DNA from: Octopus vulgaris
Taxonomy: Eukaryota
Direction of reading: 5' to 3'
DNA: 64,000 nt
Assembly (NCBI GenBank): GCA_951406725.2
Contig: OX597833.1
Span: 68,882,001-68,946,000 of the forward strand
The notes beneath the pieces are model-generated. The model searched no databases. It was not told the DNA's origin and saw only the letters and a program-made list of their open reading frames with translations. This document shows, piece after piece, positions 37,940 to 50,713 of this stretch. A program made the translations under genes and the position numbers. Positions within the stretch are counted from its first letter, which is position 1; the number at the start of each line of letters is the position of its first letter.

Positions 37940-38850
37940 CGATATGCAGGTTTATATCTAATACGATATTGCATTTTTGTAGATCTAGGTGGAACTGACT
38001 GAGATGCATCTATGAAATCGGCGTGTACCATTATCGAACATTGTATTTCTAATAAGTACAGAAAAAACATGAGATTCACCTGTACTTCATACGTTAGTGT
38101 TTCAGAGTTTGTGTTGAACAGGTGTTTCATTAGAACAAACAGCATTATCTCTATAATGACGAAGTGTAAATTATGGGTGAATTTTATTCTGTTCTGATTT
38201 TATTCCAAATACAACAGTAAAATCTTAAATTAAGGAAAAATTTCGTAGATTTTAAGATAATCTAAACAGGCTAACTTATCGTCAGTTGGTGAGCTTCTTT
38301 TATACAGCTATTGTCTAAGGATTAACTCTCAAAGGAAAAATTACTATTGCACTCATTAAGGCATGTCATTACCAGGTCAACTGGATTTTTTTTTTTACTA
38401 AACCTATAAATTAAACCCGGTGTAATATCGGATTATATGATTTAGACTCTTACATCTCACATATTTATACATTTAGTCCATTATTATTTGATCCCGCTCA
38501 ATAAAGTCTTCACTCATAATCTTTGTAACTGTAAACATCCAAGTTTCAAATATATTTTCTGGCGTAACATGAACTCCACTTATCTCATATTGTCTAGACA
38601 TTTCTGGGAAGATGATCTTCCAAGCAATAAATATGTTTACTAGTGAGAACATACAACACTAAACTGAAGATAATTATAATGGTAGCATTGAAATTCTGCT
38701 CCAACAAACCTTCAATTAGAATCTATAAAAATCCTTCGCGTTACAAATACGGAGGACTTCTATGTATGTGTGTGCTTGCATGTACAAACCAGTGTCAAGG
38801 AAATATATTTATTAATGCTAAAGCGAGAATGAAAGCTATGGCATAACGCA
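37940..38850 (+). pseudogene. Degenerate two-part FReD unit (37940-38177 and 38644-38850)
   Basis: YAGLYLIR...ACTIIEH...FTCTSYV..F..TNSIISIMT; then YNG / KFCS..PSRYKYGG..C. Confidence 0.45.
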
Positions 38851-39144
38851 AACGCATCTGAAATCCTCACATACTTATGCTTTTCATGGATGCTATGTAG
38901 CATTCAAGACTTAAGTGCACAGACAATTTCAATTAAAATATACAAACGATTTTGTGGTCGTGTAATTTTGCCTCGAAATATAGAATAAGTCCTGCGGGAA
39001 AGAAAACAATGTTCTCGAAACAGAAAAAAATCATACGTGTACGTATGTGATTTCATAAAAAAAAGCTGCTAAACAGAATTTGTATATGATTTTAATTTCC
39101 TTTTCTTTATTTTATATATGCGTATATACACACATGCATATATA

Positions 39145-39518
39145 TAGGAGGGGGAGCTGAAAAGGTCCTAGCTTGGTCTAAAAGAAAATAGAGGCCAGCA
39201 ATTAAACTTAAATGTTGAAGTGAATCGAACGGCTTTTGTGTGTTTCTTAAATGGCTTACAAACACCTTCCACGCTGCAATTGTTTTCGTTCCAGCACACG
39301 ATCTCTGATCAAATCACTTGCTATGCGAGTACATCTCCAAAAATATACGCCGGCAACTAATTACGCTTTTATTCAATATATTACCCTCTCAGATTCTCAC
39401 ACATATCGCGGCATCCATTCAGTTTTTCTAAGCCATGTAGTAAAACTCGGAATTTTGCGCCTTCAAACAGGCGTTTGGTGGTTTCCTTAGAGCCAGGAAA
39501 TATTCAGCATCCGTCGTA
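39145..39518. mobile_element. Mariner-type MITE / internally deleted mariner
   Basis: TA-flanked TIRs GAGGGGGAGCTGAAAAGGTCCTAGCT / AGCCAGGAAATATTCAGCATCCGTCG. Confidence 0.7.
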
Positions 39519-39671
39519 TCCACATATATACAAACATACACATATTAAATTTTAGATTTTATGTGAAGTTTTATAGGAAAACAATTTAGTAAGCAGCGGA
39601 AGCAATCATATGCATTTTTGCAAGGAAATGGTTGTCAAGGACGTCGACGTTTCGGCTCAAGGGCTTTCAGC

Positions 39672-39752
<81 letters not shown>

Positions 39753-39754
39753 TA

Positions 39755-39915
39755 GTTGAAAATTACAGGAAAATAAAATACGAAGACAGGTGTATAAACA
39801 ACAAGCAGGTGTGATAGTTTGACGCTCGAGAAGGTGAGAAAGACTAACGTCTCGAGCCTACGTTCTTCAAGAGAAAGGAACACGAGGGAATAAACAGAGA
39901 GATAATAAATATAAC
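39755..39915 (-). mobile_element. Short hammerhead-bearing element (decayed)
   Basis: Homologous to 9898-10068; CUUU-CUCUUGA-A-GAAC(guag)GCUC-GAGA-CGUU. Confidence 0.5.
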
Positions 39916-40020
39916 TTGAGGAGTTAACGGTCAATCATGGCGACTGATTATTTATAAATACATGCACGCACACACACACAAACCCACACATACACGCATA
40001 TATATATATATATAAATATA

Positions 40021-40191
40021 GGCGCAGGAGTGGCTGTGTGGTAAGTAGCTTGTTTACCAACCACATGGTTCCGGGTTCAGTCCCACTGCGTGACACCTTG
40101 GGCAAGTGTCTTCTACTATAGCCTCGGGCCGACCAATGCCTTGTGAGTGGATTTGGTAGACGAAAACTGAAAGAAGCCCGTCGTATATATG

Positions 40192-40239
<48 letters not shown>

Positions 40240-40463
40240 TGTGTGTGTTTGTGTGTCTGTGTTTGTCCCCCTAGCATTGCTTGACAACCGATGCTGTTAT
40301 GTTTATGTCTCCGTTACTTAGCGGTTCGGCACAAAAGACCGATAGAATAAGTACTGGGCTTATAAAAGAATAAGACCCGGGGTCGAGTTGCTCGATTAAA
40401 GGCGGTGCTCAAGCATGGCCGCAGTCAAATGACCGAAACAAGTAAAAGAGTAAAAGAGAGAGT
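40021..40463 (+). mobile_element. SINE family A, full length, young
   Basis: Complete head, internal (TA)n(TG)n and tail. Confidence 0.93.
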
Positions 40464-41289
40464 ATATATACATACATATATATATATATCACATACGATT
40501 GCGTGTGAGTATGCAATTTCGTTATAAACTTAACACGAAAATCATCCATTATCTCGAGTTCCACTTGTATTCCCATATACCATTTCGGTTTCAAGGGAAG
40601 CCGTGAAAAGAATTACAGAACTGTCAATGCAACAGGATTATATAAAATTACATTAAGTTACTGATAATGATTCTTTGTTAATGAAAGCCGCATAAAATTC
40701 TGTAGCTTTATATTTTAGAAACAACAAACCATCTTATTGTTTCCCTTTGTGTGTGTTTTATATCAAAAAGAACATAATTAAATGTGTTCTTTAAGATGCA
40801 GTGGTGTGTTTTTAAGGGAGATTTTCCAACTATTCCATGCATTCTAGCTGAACATCGAGGTGCTCCCTTGCTGGCTCCAGATATCATCTTTTCTAACGTA
40901 TAACTCGTGTTGAGATGATAACGACGCATTCTTCCAGCTGTCACGCGCAGGCATTTGTGATTAGGGAATATATCGCCGACTGAATAGCTGAGAATCTTTT
41001 TGGCAAGTTCCTACATTTCATATACAAAAGCTGAATCAGACGAAACGTTGAAGCAGAAATAGTTTTGCAGAAATAGGTTACAGAAAATTTTCTATGTTTA
41101 TTTACACCACAACTGTTACTGACACATTTTTTTCATAAATATAATAATGATGGCTGCGCTGACGATAATGCCATTGATGACAACGATGATAGGCATGATG
41201 TTGTTGTTGATGATGTTATTAGCGATTCTGATTGTTTGGCGATGTATAGAAACTTAGTTTTGTTTATGTCACGCCCAAAACAGATCGAT

Positions 41290-42240
41290 TGAGCAGAGCC
41301 ACCTACAATGGAGTTCCACTCCGGTCGTGTCTCTGTTATTTCTCGCTTGCTGGGTTTACGGGAAGAGTACGTGCTAGATAGCTGGAAAGAACGAATAGTA
41401 TGGTAACTCAGGCTGCAGGTAGCAAGCCTGCTACGCCGGAAAGACTCCAGGAGTTCCATGAAAACTCGTGATAAAGAGAAATAATAATAAGGAATTCTTG
41501 GAGGTTTGAATAATTCACCTTTGGAAACATGGGTGGTTCATTCAACATCCCTAATTAATCCTTATTCAGGGAACTTTTGAGCAGGATGGGTTACTCGACC
41601 ACAAGAAAATTCTAACTGGGCCCCACCTGCAATGTTATGCGCTGTTTATCTTGATATGAGATCACCATGTTGCGCACATATGGTTGTGATGCATGTGCCT
41701 CGTGTAACCTTATCAGACGGGTAGTCATGATGGGTATACTGGGCTTTGTATATTTTACCCCAGTGTCACTTTGATGGCATGCACTGCTCTCTCACTCAAT
41801 AATAATATTCTCTGCAGTCTTGGTTGACGATCTTACCAGAGAGCTTGTCGCGATGTAAATACCGGTTGGTGGCTAACTCTAAAACATACCAGAATGTTGA
41901 GCGAAAATGTCTAATACAAATGTATGAAATAATGATGTTAATGAGGATGGAAGTTGAAAGGCTTTCGCCTGACAGGTGCCCCGTGGTTGAGCAGAGTAGG
42001 TCTGGCCGTCATCCAGAGACTGCTTGCAAACAAAGCCAGAGGCAGAATTGAAGGTGGGATAAGGAGGCAAACAAAACGGTCCCAAGAGAACTGTTAGAAA
42101 AGGTTTACCTCCTCGGCACGACCAGAATAATCAGGAAAGTATTAGATAGCTGAAAAGAACGTATAGCATGGTACCGTAGGCTGCAGGTAGCAAATCCGCT
42201 ACACATGCAAGACTTGTGATAAGGATACAGTAACAATAAT
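41290..42240 (+). mobile_element. Tandem 3' ends of R4/Dong-type (restriction-like endonuclease) LINEs with (TAA)n tails
   Basis: 42080-42152 translates VPRELLEKVYLLGTTRIIRKVLDS* (cf. LQK..LLGTARILRKVL); 41374-41432 repeats 42140-42201; three units end in (AAT)n. Confidence 0.65.
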
Positions 42241-42314
42241 CATTTCTATTATAGACACAACGCTTGAAATTTTGTGAGAGGGAATAACGGCTTATATGGG
42301 TTAAGCGCTTACTT

Positions 42315-42442
42315 ATTTTTTCGGCCTCGAAAGGGTGACTGGCAATCAATCTCGATGGGATTTGAACTCAGAACAAAATAAATGAAGAAATCCTGCTAAG
42401 TAATTCGTCTGTTATGCTAACGATTTTCCAGATCGCTGCCTT
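42315..42442 (-). mobile_element. SINE family B, old fragment
   Basis: GATTTGAACTCAGAAC...GCTAACGATT remnants. Confidence 0.6.
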
Positions 42443-42455
42443 AATAATAGTAGTA

Positions 42456-42493
<38 letters not shown>

Positions 42494-42981
42494 TTCAAAG
42501 AAAATCTATCTATCTATATATATATGTATGCATGTATATGTATATATATACACATATATTTCCCGTTGGTACTTTCGAGACATCAACCTAAGAAATACTC
42601 TCCAGCACACATCATAATTTGATTTACTGATCTGGTATTTGCGATATATTTGGAAGGATTTCAGATGATAACCGTAAAACATCGTATTTATTAACTTAGA
42701 AGCTGCAGCAACGTTAGCTAGATATCCGAATCAAATATTTTTATGTGAATATATGCCATCAGGCAGATGAAAGGCTGATGCTATACTAGGTTCGATATAA
42801 TGCCATATAGAATAATCATGTAAATATTCAAGTCCCAATGTACTGCATAACATCAGAATTTATAAAATTACATTAAAGTCTTTTTATTGTTTTCTTGTTT
42901 TTGCATAAGTTCATGCTTATGTGTGTTTCTGCTGCAATCGTTGTAGGTCAGTGCGTATAAAGTAAAGAGAAATAGAATATA

Positions 42982-43155
42982 TATTTCTTTGCTACCCACA
43001 AGGGGCTAAACATAGAGGGGACAAACAAGAACAGACAAAGGGTTTAAGTAGATAACATCGATCCCCAGTACGTACCTGGTACTTTATTTATCGACCCAGA
43101 AATAATGAAAGGCAAAAATCGACCTCGGCGGAATTTGAACTCAGAACGTAACGTC
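42982..43155 (-). mobile_element. SINE family B, 5'-truncated
   Basis: Young tail; flanking direct repeat ATAGAATATA. Confidence 0.88.
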
Positions 43156-43170
43156 AGAATATAGAATATA

Positions 43171-43266
43171 GGCACAGGCGTAGCTGTGTTCCCAACCACA
43201 TGCTTCCGGGTCCTTCTACTATAGCCTCGGGTTGACCATAGCTTTGTGAGTGGATATTGTAGACAC

Positions 43267-43321
<55 letters not shown>

Positions 43322-43510
43322 CTCTGTGCGTGGATGTATGTATTTATATTGGTGTGTTTACGTCTCCATGACTTAGCGGTTCAGCAAAGGGGGCCGATAA
43401 ATTAAATACTAGGCTTAGAGATAATAAGTCATGTAGTCAATTTGTTCGACTAAAGGCGTGCTCCAGCATGGCCGCAGTCAAATGACTGAAACAAATAAAA
43501 TAGTATAAGA
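43171..43510 (+). mobile_element. SINE family A with internal deletions
   Basis: Head, internal (TA)n and tail present. Confidence 0.85.
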
Positions 43511-44343
43511 GTATGGAAAGTGAAGACAGATGGCGCGCACCTCACCTATACTGCTAGGAGAAATCTTCGAACAATACATGCAACATAGTTTGGTAGAAAT
43601 GTTAGATTGTTTTGAAAAAATGTCTTGCAGTCCACCATCAGTCCCTTTCAGTTGAGAGATCAAAGATAGACAGATCATTGTCACTGCCCTCTTTTGGGGG
43701 TAAAACTGGCTCGGAGAGGGTCATACAAACCCTAGTAAGGCGGAAGTGGTACGTCTAAAAGAAGAAAATTACGATTGCCCCATTTCATTCAAATTTAAGG
43801 ACAGAAAAACCGTTAAGCTTGTGTTAAAACACTTAGACAATTACCACACATTTCTGTAATTTCTGTAATTAATACGTGGGTGTTGCACATTTTACGTCTA
43901 AGATACTAATATAGAGAAATAACTGCGTGAAAAATACTAGGTTATTTCGACCAAAGACAGATTATAAGATTGTTTTAGTGATGAATACCTGATTTTTATT
44001 GCCTTTTGAAAAGACTTAAACGAAATTATTTAAATTCCTATCAAGATTGATCTAACCAATGCCAACGTAATGATTTAAATTCCTTTTCAAGACTGACGTA
44101 ACCAATGCCAACCAAATATATGAATATCTTAATTTGGTTAGAGCCTCAGTCTGTGAATGCAAAAGTCTCAGCTGATTGATGAGGCCCCCAGTTCAATAAT
44201 GTGACCGTTTTATGGCTCCGGAAGCGATGAGTCGTCAATTCCGCCGGAGTTTTACTAAGATTATTGCAATGCGAGTATGCTGTCAATCAACAAATTCCTG
44301 GAACTCTTTCAGACAGGTATCTTCAGCTAGTAGGCCATACTAC

Positions 44344-44390
44344 TCCAGACTGATGACGAGCAAAACTCAGAAACATGTCATGTCTCTAGA
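44344..44390 (+). ncRNA. Type I hammerhead ribozyme motif
   Basis: UCCAGA-CUGAUGA-C-GAG(caaaa)CUC-A-GAAA-CAU(guc)AUGU-C-UCUAGA; all three stems can form, with C-A mismatches at the base of stem II and in stem I. Confidence 0.7.
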
Positions 44391-45494
44391 TGCAGGCCTA
44401 GCTTTTGGGGGTACTTGTCTCCCCTTTGTAAACATAAGGCCGACAGGAAGCGTTGGTGCTTCCTAGGGCTAAATATCGGTAGTGTAATTCCCTCTATGGA
44501 ACTGTCATGTTAAGTTGACAGTATACAAACGGACTTTTTATATGTTTATTGATTATTGTAACTGATTCCTGATACACACAAAGGACCGGATAACATTATC
44601 TGAAACAACTTTTATAATAAGATCCTCTGGATTAGAAGGTCCCCACGGCTAAACAAATGACAACGACTATATAAACAGTACGATGAGGTTTTATGTTTCG
44701 TATCGCCCTACAAGGCACAACAGAAAATTCTCCTGTAAATCGTAAAGATATTGATAAATAAGTGTCGTATCGATTAACGTATACTCAGATATCCTAAATT
44801 AGGAAATGAAATATGGGATGGTCATGGCTGGAAAGACTTATTCATAGGTTTGCTCAATCAGAACCTATTTAGGCTTAAACAAAGGCTTTGGTTTCCTTGC
44901 ATCAGAGATCTTCAAACAGTGCAATTTCATGGATATGAACTCGGAAATTGGGCGAAAGAGGGCGGTATTTGTTATATTACCGTGCCAAATTACCGAGTGG
45001 AATTAATGCAATTATTCTTTGTGTCTTTATAGTTAAATTAACATAGATTTGCAGTTAATTTACGTGGCTTTGGCAAGAAACATAGGAATTAATATAAATG
45101 GAGATCAACATTAAGTTATATTCGAAATATGTCTGCGAAATTTATGTTCAGAAATTGGTGATTATTTCTTGCAAGAATCATATTTCATTCGCAAATACTA
45201 TGAGACAGGAAGTATATTTTAGTTTTAACTATTTTTAACACATTCATATATAGGTGCGTGTGTGTGTATGATTTGTTTCAGTCATTTGACTGTGGCCATG
45301 CTGGAGCAAAACCTTTGGTCGAACAAATCGACCGGAGGACTTATTCTTTGCAAGACTAGTACTTAATCTATCGGAAGGAACAAGAGTTACCTAATGCGGT
45401 ATTAATTCATATGTCCATATATGTTTACAAATTTCTCACATCGGTCGTTTATTTTACGTTCGGTAAACTTGGTGCCTATACTTTTATTAACCTG

Positions 45495-45820
45495 TATATA
45501 CATATATATATATATACATACATATATATATACATATATATAAATATACATACACACACCACACACACACACAAATATATATATATATATATATATAATT
45601 TACATACATACACATACACGCACGCACACACACACAGGCATACATACAGACAGCCATACATACAGACAGACAGACAGACAGACATGCAGACATGCAGACA
45701 GACAGGCATACATAAATACAGACAGACATACATACAGACATACATAAATACAGACAGACATACAGACAGACATAGACAGACAAACCGACATACAGACAGA
45801 CAGACAGGGGCAGACAGTCA
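45495..45820. repeat. Compound (TA)n(CA)n(CAGA/CATA)n microsatellite
   Basis: Direct reading. Confidence 0.93.
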
Positions 45821-45863
45821 GATATCAGAAGAAAAGATATTTGCAGCTTTTCTGTAGTTATCA

Positions 45864-46151
45864 CTAGAAAATGATAATTCTCTGGTTTAATATGTTTTGA
45901 TTTTCTTTATTTTTGAAAGCCATTTCTTTCTCTCTGGCCTTTGGAGATACATAATTGCTAGTAGTTCCTATGGGATCAGGTTTCAAAGAATTTATTTTGG
46001 TGACCAGTGAAATATCATCTTTCCCTCGAGAAGAACGTTGTAGTTCGTAGAGATACGTCAGAAGCACAGATTGCAACAGTTTTGTTTCAACTAATGACAG
46101 CCAACTTCTATTTGATGAGGGGGGCAAAAAATAAAACAACAGCAACAACAA
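45864..46151 (-). pseudogene. Degenerate FReD segment (open for 95 codons)
   Basis: YFLPPSSNRS...ELQRSSRGKDDIS...IGTTSNYV. Confidence 0.35.
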
Positions 46152-46299
46152 AAGAGTGAAATAATCGTCAGCTGCATCTCAAGAAATGCAATTAAGGAAG
46201 AAACGTAATCTCTTGCATGATTAGAATTACCATGAGCGAATCTCTGTAAATTCCATTGAAATTGTATCAGTCAATCTCACTATTGTGCAAGAGATTAAT

Positions 46300-46640
46300 C
46301 AGTACCACTCCCACATCTTTCTAAAAATACAAGAATGTAGCAATCAGCTTAAATCAGTTGAAACATTATGCGACGTTCGCGAAGCAGTCGACTAAGTTTC
46401 ACGTGTTTGACTTAACCATCTGTTGTCGAAAATCCATTGTGTCGGTACGAAATCTGGATGTTCCAAAACGATTTGTATATTCGGTAGAAAAATTTCTGTG
46501 AAAACATATTTATTTTGGCCAAAACCATCTTTTGACTAGTTCAGCAAGAGAAATGCTTTTTTGTTCAACATATTTCCATGTGTATTCCTCATATGTATCA
46601 TCTCTGTTCAAAAGCATTTAGTTTCCGATGATATTTTTTC
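46300..46640 (-). pseudogene. Degenerate FReD segment
   Basis: YTWKYVEQK / KDGFGQNKYVFTEIFLPNIQIVL (KDGFG at 46518-46532). Confidence 0.5.
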
Positions 46641-47530
46641 TATGACCGTTCACAAGTGTCAATGTTTCTCAAGTCTTTTGGAAAAAAAATCACAGCTCCG
46701 TGTTCTTTTCGTATTTAGCTCCAGTTAGCATCCCATAATTTTCGTCATACCACCAATCCTTAGATTAAAATGCTTCCTTCACAGGAGATTTTCAACGAAG
46801 AAAATTATTCTAAATTAGAGTTATTCCTATTTTATGCATTCCTTTTAAATTTAGAATATAGCAACAAAAAAAAAAGAAAATGAAAAAACAATATATTATT
46901 AAATATTTTTAAAAATACGTTATCAATAAGCACATATCTCAAATGTTCACGCGTGATAGAAGTGAGGAAAAATTGCAACCTTACCAATGTATGAGCCTTA
47001 CAATAAAAAAAACGTAGTCAAATACGATTAAAGATTTCATGAAAAATAAAACCAGCTCTATTAATACCTGTCAATTGATTTACGTTTAACAAATCGAAAA
47101 GTAACTGCTTCTACTCTTCTTTGTTTATCAAGATAGTTAGAATCCATATAGTAGCTTGTCTATATGTATACACATGCATATTTGAGAAAGATGGTGAACA
47201 AAAAAAAAAGGAATGTTGTTTTGTTTTATGTACTAATAATATACTGTTGTTCGTGTAGAATGACTGAGGTTTGTAAATTCCTGAAAGCGCGGATCCAATA
47301 TTGCTCTCTAACACACTGATCGACTTACCCTTTTCTAAAGCCTCGACACGACATCCACTTTATGAGGGGAAACTGGGAAGATATAGACTGTGCGGACTCC
47401 TGTCGGTAATTTAAAGATCTACCCTTGTTACAAATCATAAAACCGATTTTCTCCTGAATATTACCTTCACGACCACCATGTTCTGTAGAATAGTCAGGTG
47501 CGTACACGCTGTTCAATCGATCTTGCTAAT
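46640..47530 (-). pseudogene. Degenerate two-part FReD unit (47290-47530 and 46640-46860)
   Basis: SVYAPDYSTEHGGREGNIQEKIG...LNYRQE..SQFPL; then LKGM...SC...DWWYDENYGMLTGAKY (WWY at 46747-46755). Confidence 0.55.
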
Positions 47531-48319
47531 TCAATTGATTGAATATCAGAACAATTACCTCTTTGCATTATTAATTTCGTTTTTAAACGCAATAGGAAAT
47601 AATACATTTCTTAAAACACTTTTAATCTGAATTAATTTTAATTTTGTTATCGTTTTAAGAAATTTTTGTTAAGTGAAAATAATTTTTATTTTCAATTTCG
47701 TACTTATTTTCAATTAATCATTCTTCCTTCAGTTTATTCTGTAAATAATTAAAAATAATTATCTTTAAGTTAAACGAAACTATATCCGTTTTATTTTACA
47801 CGAGCACGTGCCATTCATAATTATTGTATTGTGCACCAGTTATTGTGACAACCTTAATTAAAGATTCACTGCTTCTCATTTTAGTTTCTGATTAATGATT
47901 TCAATTTAATTTCATATGGGCGGCAGTTATTGTGACAATGCTAATTTACAATTCATCAATTCCCATTTTAGTTATTCGAATTTTTTTTTAGCTAAAAAAG
48001 CACGCAAGAGTATCGACTTATTAAGATTAACTTTTGATCATGTAAATGGATGCAAGTTTTCACCCTACAGGGAAAAAGAAGATTTTTTCTTTTCTTTCAG
48101 TTTGAAAAAAATTAATGCGTGTCGACATCGTAGAAGTCAGTTCGATCAGAAATGTCGCCCAGCACAAAGAAACCCTCGTTCCTATCGGGCGTGTCCATAC
48201 GCTCTCAAGCAAAGCAGTGAACGACTTTGAGATGTCGAAAAGGCTAAAAAAGCATGACTCAAAACAACAACAACAAAAGTGAATTCAGTGAACGCCTCCA
48301 TCTGTTTTATATCACTGAG

Positions 48320-50445
48320 GTTGGCGAGTCCTGTATTACCTACCGAAAGGGTTGTTTTTCATCGACAATTGCGACTGAAATTACTTCCAGATTCACTTTC
48401 ACATTGAGATAAAACTCATCAGCACAAAATCAATTTTTCTGCTTCCGATTGTAATATTCCCGTTGAGCCACGGACTTAAGCGTGATAGAAACAAGACAGT
48501 ATCTATATTAACTTGTGGTTATATACGCACCTAGATCCAATGGCGCATATCTGGTATACTGTAACATGTCGTACTCGAAGAATTCAAAAAAGCCATCTAT
48601 AAATGAAATATTGGCAACGTTTGTCGTAGAAATTTTGAAATTAGGCCTCAATGGAAATGATCGCCAAGAAGGAACACAAGGTAGACAATTTACACCTAAA
48701 CAAAAACTAATACATGTCATAATGTCAATGGCTTCTGATGGCTGTGGAAAATACCAGCTAAAGCGACGAAGCCAGTGACTACGTCATTCGTTGATGCTTT
48801 CACTTCGAGGCAAATAAAACAGCACAGTGAGGCTCGCCATCTAATTAGTGATATCCAAAGCAATTCTCCTCATAGGTGGACGTTTGTCTTAGAAGTGATT
48901 TCTTTTTTTAAGTTTTGGATTTGTTTTACAAGAATTCTGATTAGGAAATATTTCTGTGAAACCATATTCTTTTCATAGCGGAGATGGTGTTTAATTCATA
49001 AAGCCTATACACGCTCATACACGTATAAAGCAGTTGTTGCTTATCTATATTTCTCTTCCTTCCTTTCTAAAAATAGTTGAAGGTTGTTAGTTTTCCCCAA
49101 AGATATTTTCACATCACCGGCCCGGAGTCTTCTCAATGTGTGCACGATACTCATTTTTTTTTAAGTATTCGGTCAGAAGATTGGAACTGATTTTAATTTG
49201 CTGTGGTGACATTTACATAACAGCAGAAACACAGGACGTTCATGCTTTGTTTGTATATCCACTAAAGCATGTGAATAAGCTAGTCTTTAGTTCTGTTTAG
49301 ATAGAATTTACCATTATATTTGTATTGACTAGATGATGGGTTTTCAGTAGTGGTGGGTTTACAATAATGGTTAGTTTACAATAGAGAAGGGGTTTTAATG
49401 TATCAGATTTATTATTTTTCTGTTTACTCCCTTCCTCTTCCACTAAACCATATATTCTGCTTATAATATAAAATCTAATGCGTATTTTTGCTGCGCCTTA
49501 TTTTCATTAACAAAACAAATTCTGTTTTCTTATTTGTCTTGCGTGAAATACTACCTGTGAACAGATTATATGGTTCATTCACATCTGAAAGTTTGACAAT
49601 ATATAGCATTTATTATTAAACTAGATATTGGAAATATTAAGACACTCCTTTTGTTATAGAAACTATTTTAACATCAGAAGTAGAACGTATATTGAACAGA
49701 ATAAAGTCCTATATGTGAATTTAAAGCCTGTTCTATCATTTAATTTGACCTATGGGTTATTAACTTTCTTTTAACTGATATATTATGTTACTTGATGTTC
49801 CTTAAACTACGAAAAACCTGTAATTAATTTTTGTAATATTATTAATTAAAAATGATTACCAAACGAAGCCTGTTTCGCTGACGTAGTCATGCAAACGTAA
49901 CAAACAAAAGCATTGGCTTCGAAAATCGTCAAAGTTAATATCACGTCATTTGATTAGAATTTCGCGAAATTTATTCTCTCCTATAAAAATGTATGCAAAT
50001 ATACTTTGCAACAAAAGTATATTTCGCTTCGATTTATTCAGCTTTTATGTAAAGTACAGTTTAAAATCATTTGATAGACAGATTGTCAATCTGTATACAT
50101 ATTCTGAATAATTATATCTCCTAAATAACTATAATTTTCGCTTTGATATGCTTTCATATTTTACTATTTTATACTTTTATATTTATTTCGAAATTGTTTA
50201 AAATAAAACGAAAAAAAAAAACATGGTGATCTGTTATCTACCATATATCACGAATGGAAAAAATTCAAATTATAGACACGCTGTTTTGTACAATAAGCAT
50301 TTAAATGCTGTCGAGATTCAATGTAATATATTTATGAATAGAAATTATGTTGTTATTCAAATAGTTTCATATTTTCTTGTCTTTCTTTCACACCGGTGGC
50401 GAAGGTTGTGGAAGTGGTTTTCACACATCACACGAAACTGTTAAC
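48320..50445 (+). pseudogene. Degenerate two-part FReD unit (48320-48876 and 50225-50445)
   Basis: VIYAPRSNGAYLVYCNMS / VCRRNFEIRPQW / NDRQEG..QF..LIHVIMS..KYQLK; then GDLLSTIYH / NGK. Confidence 0.5.
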
Positions 50446-50652
50446 ATTCTATCACAATCGCGTGCGCGTATATACACACGATCTCTCGTGCACATTCACA
50501 CTCCACCTTATCTCACGTTTATGAGTACACACACACACATATGAAGAGAGGGAGAGAGAAAGTGATATATAGTGCAAAGGGGAAAAAACGGAGGGAGAGA
50601 TATAGAGTAAGATTAAAAGGGAGATGAAGAGAGAGTTATAGAGGGACAGAAA

Positions 50653-50713
<61 letters not shown>

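Noticed and set aside
46200-46760. Mariner transposase N-terminus
   Set aside because: Only vague similarity; the KDGFG and WWY motifs fit FReD better
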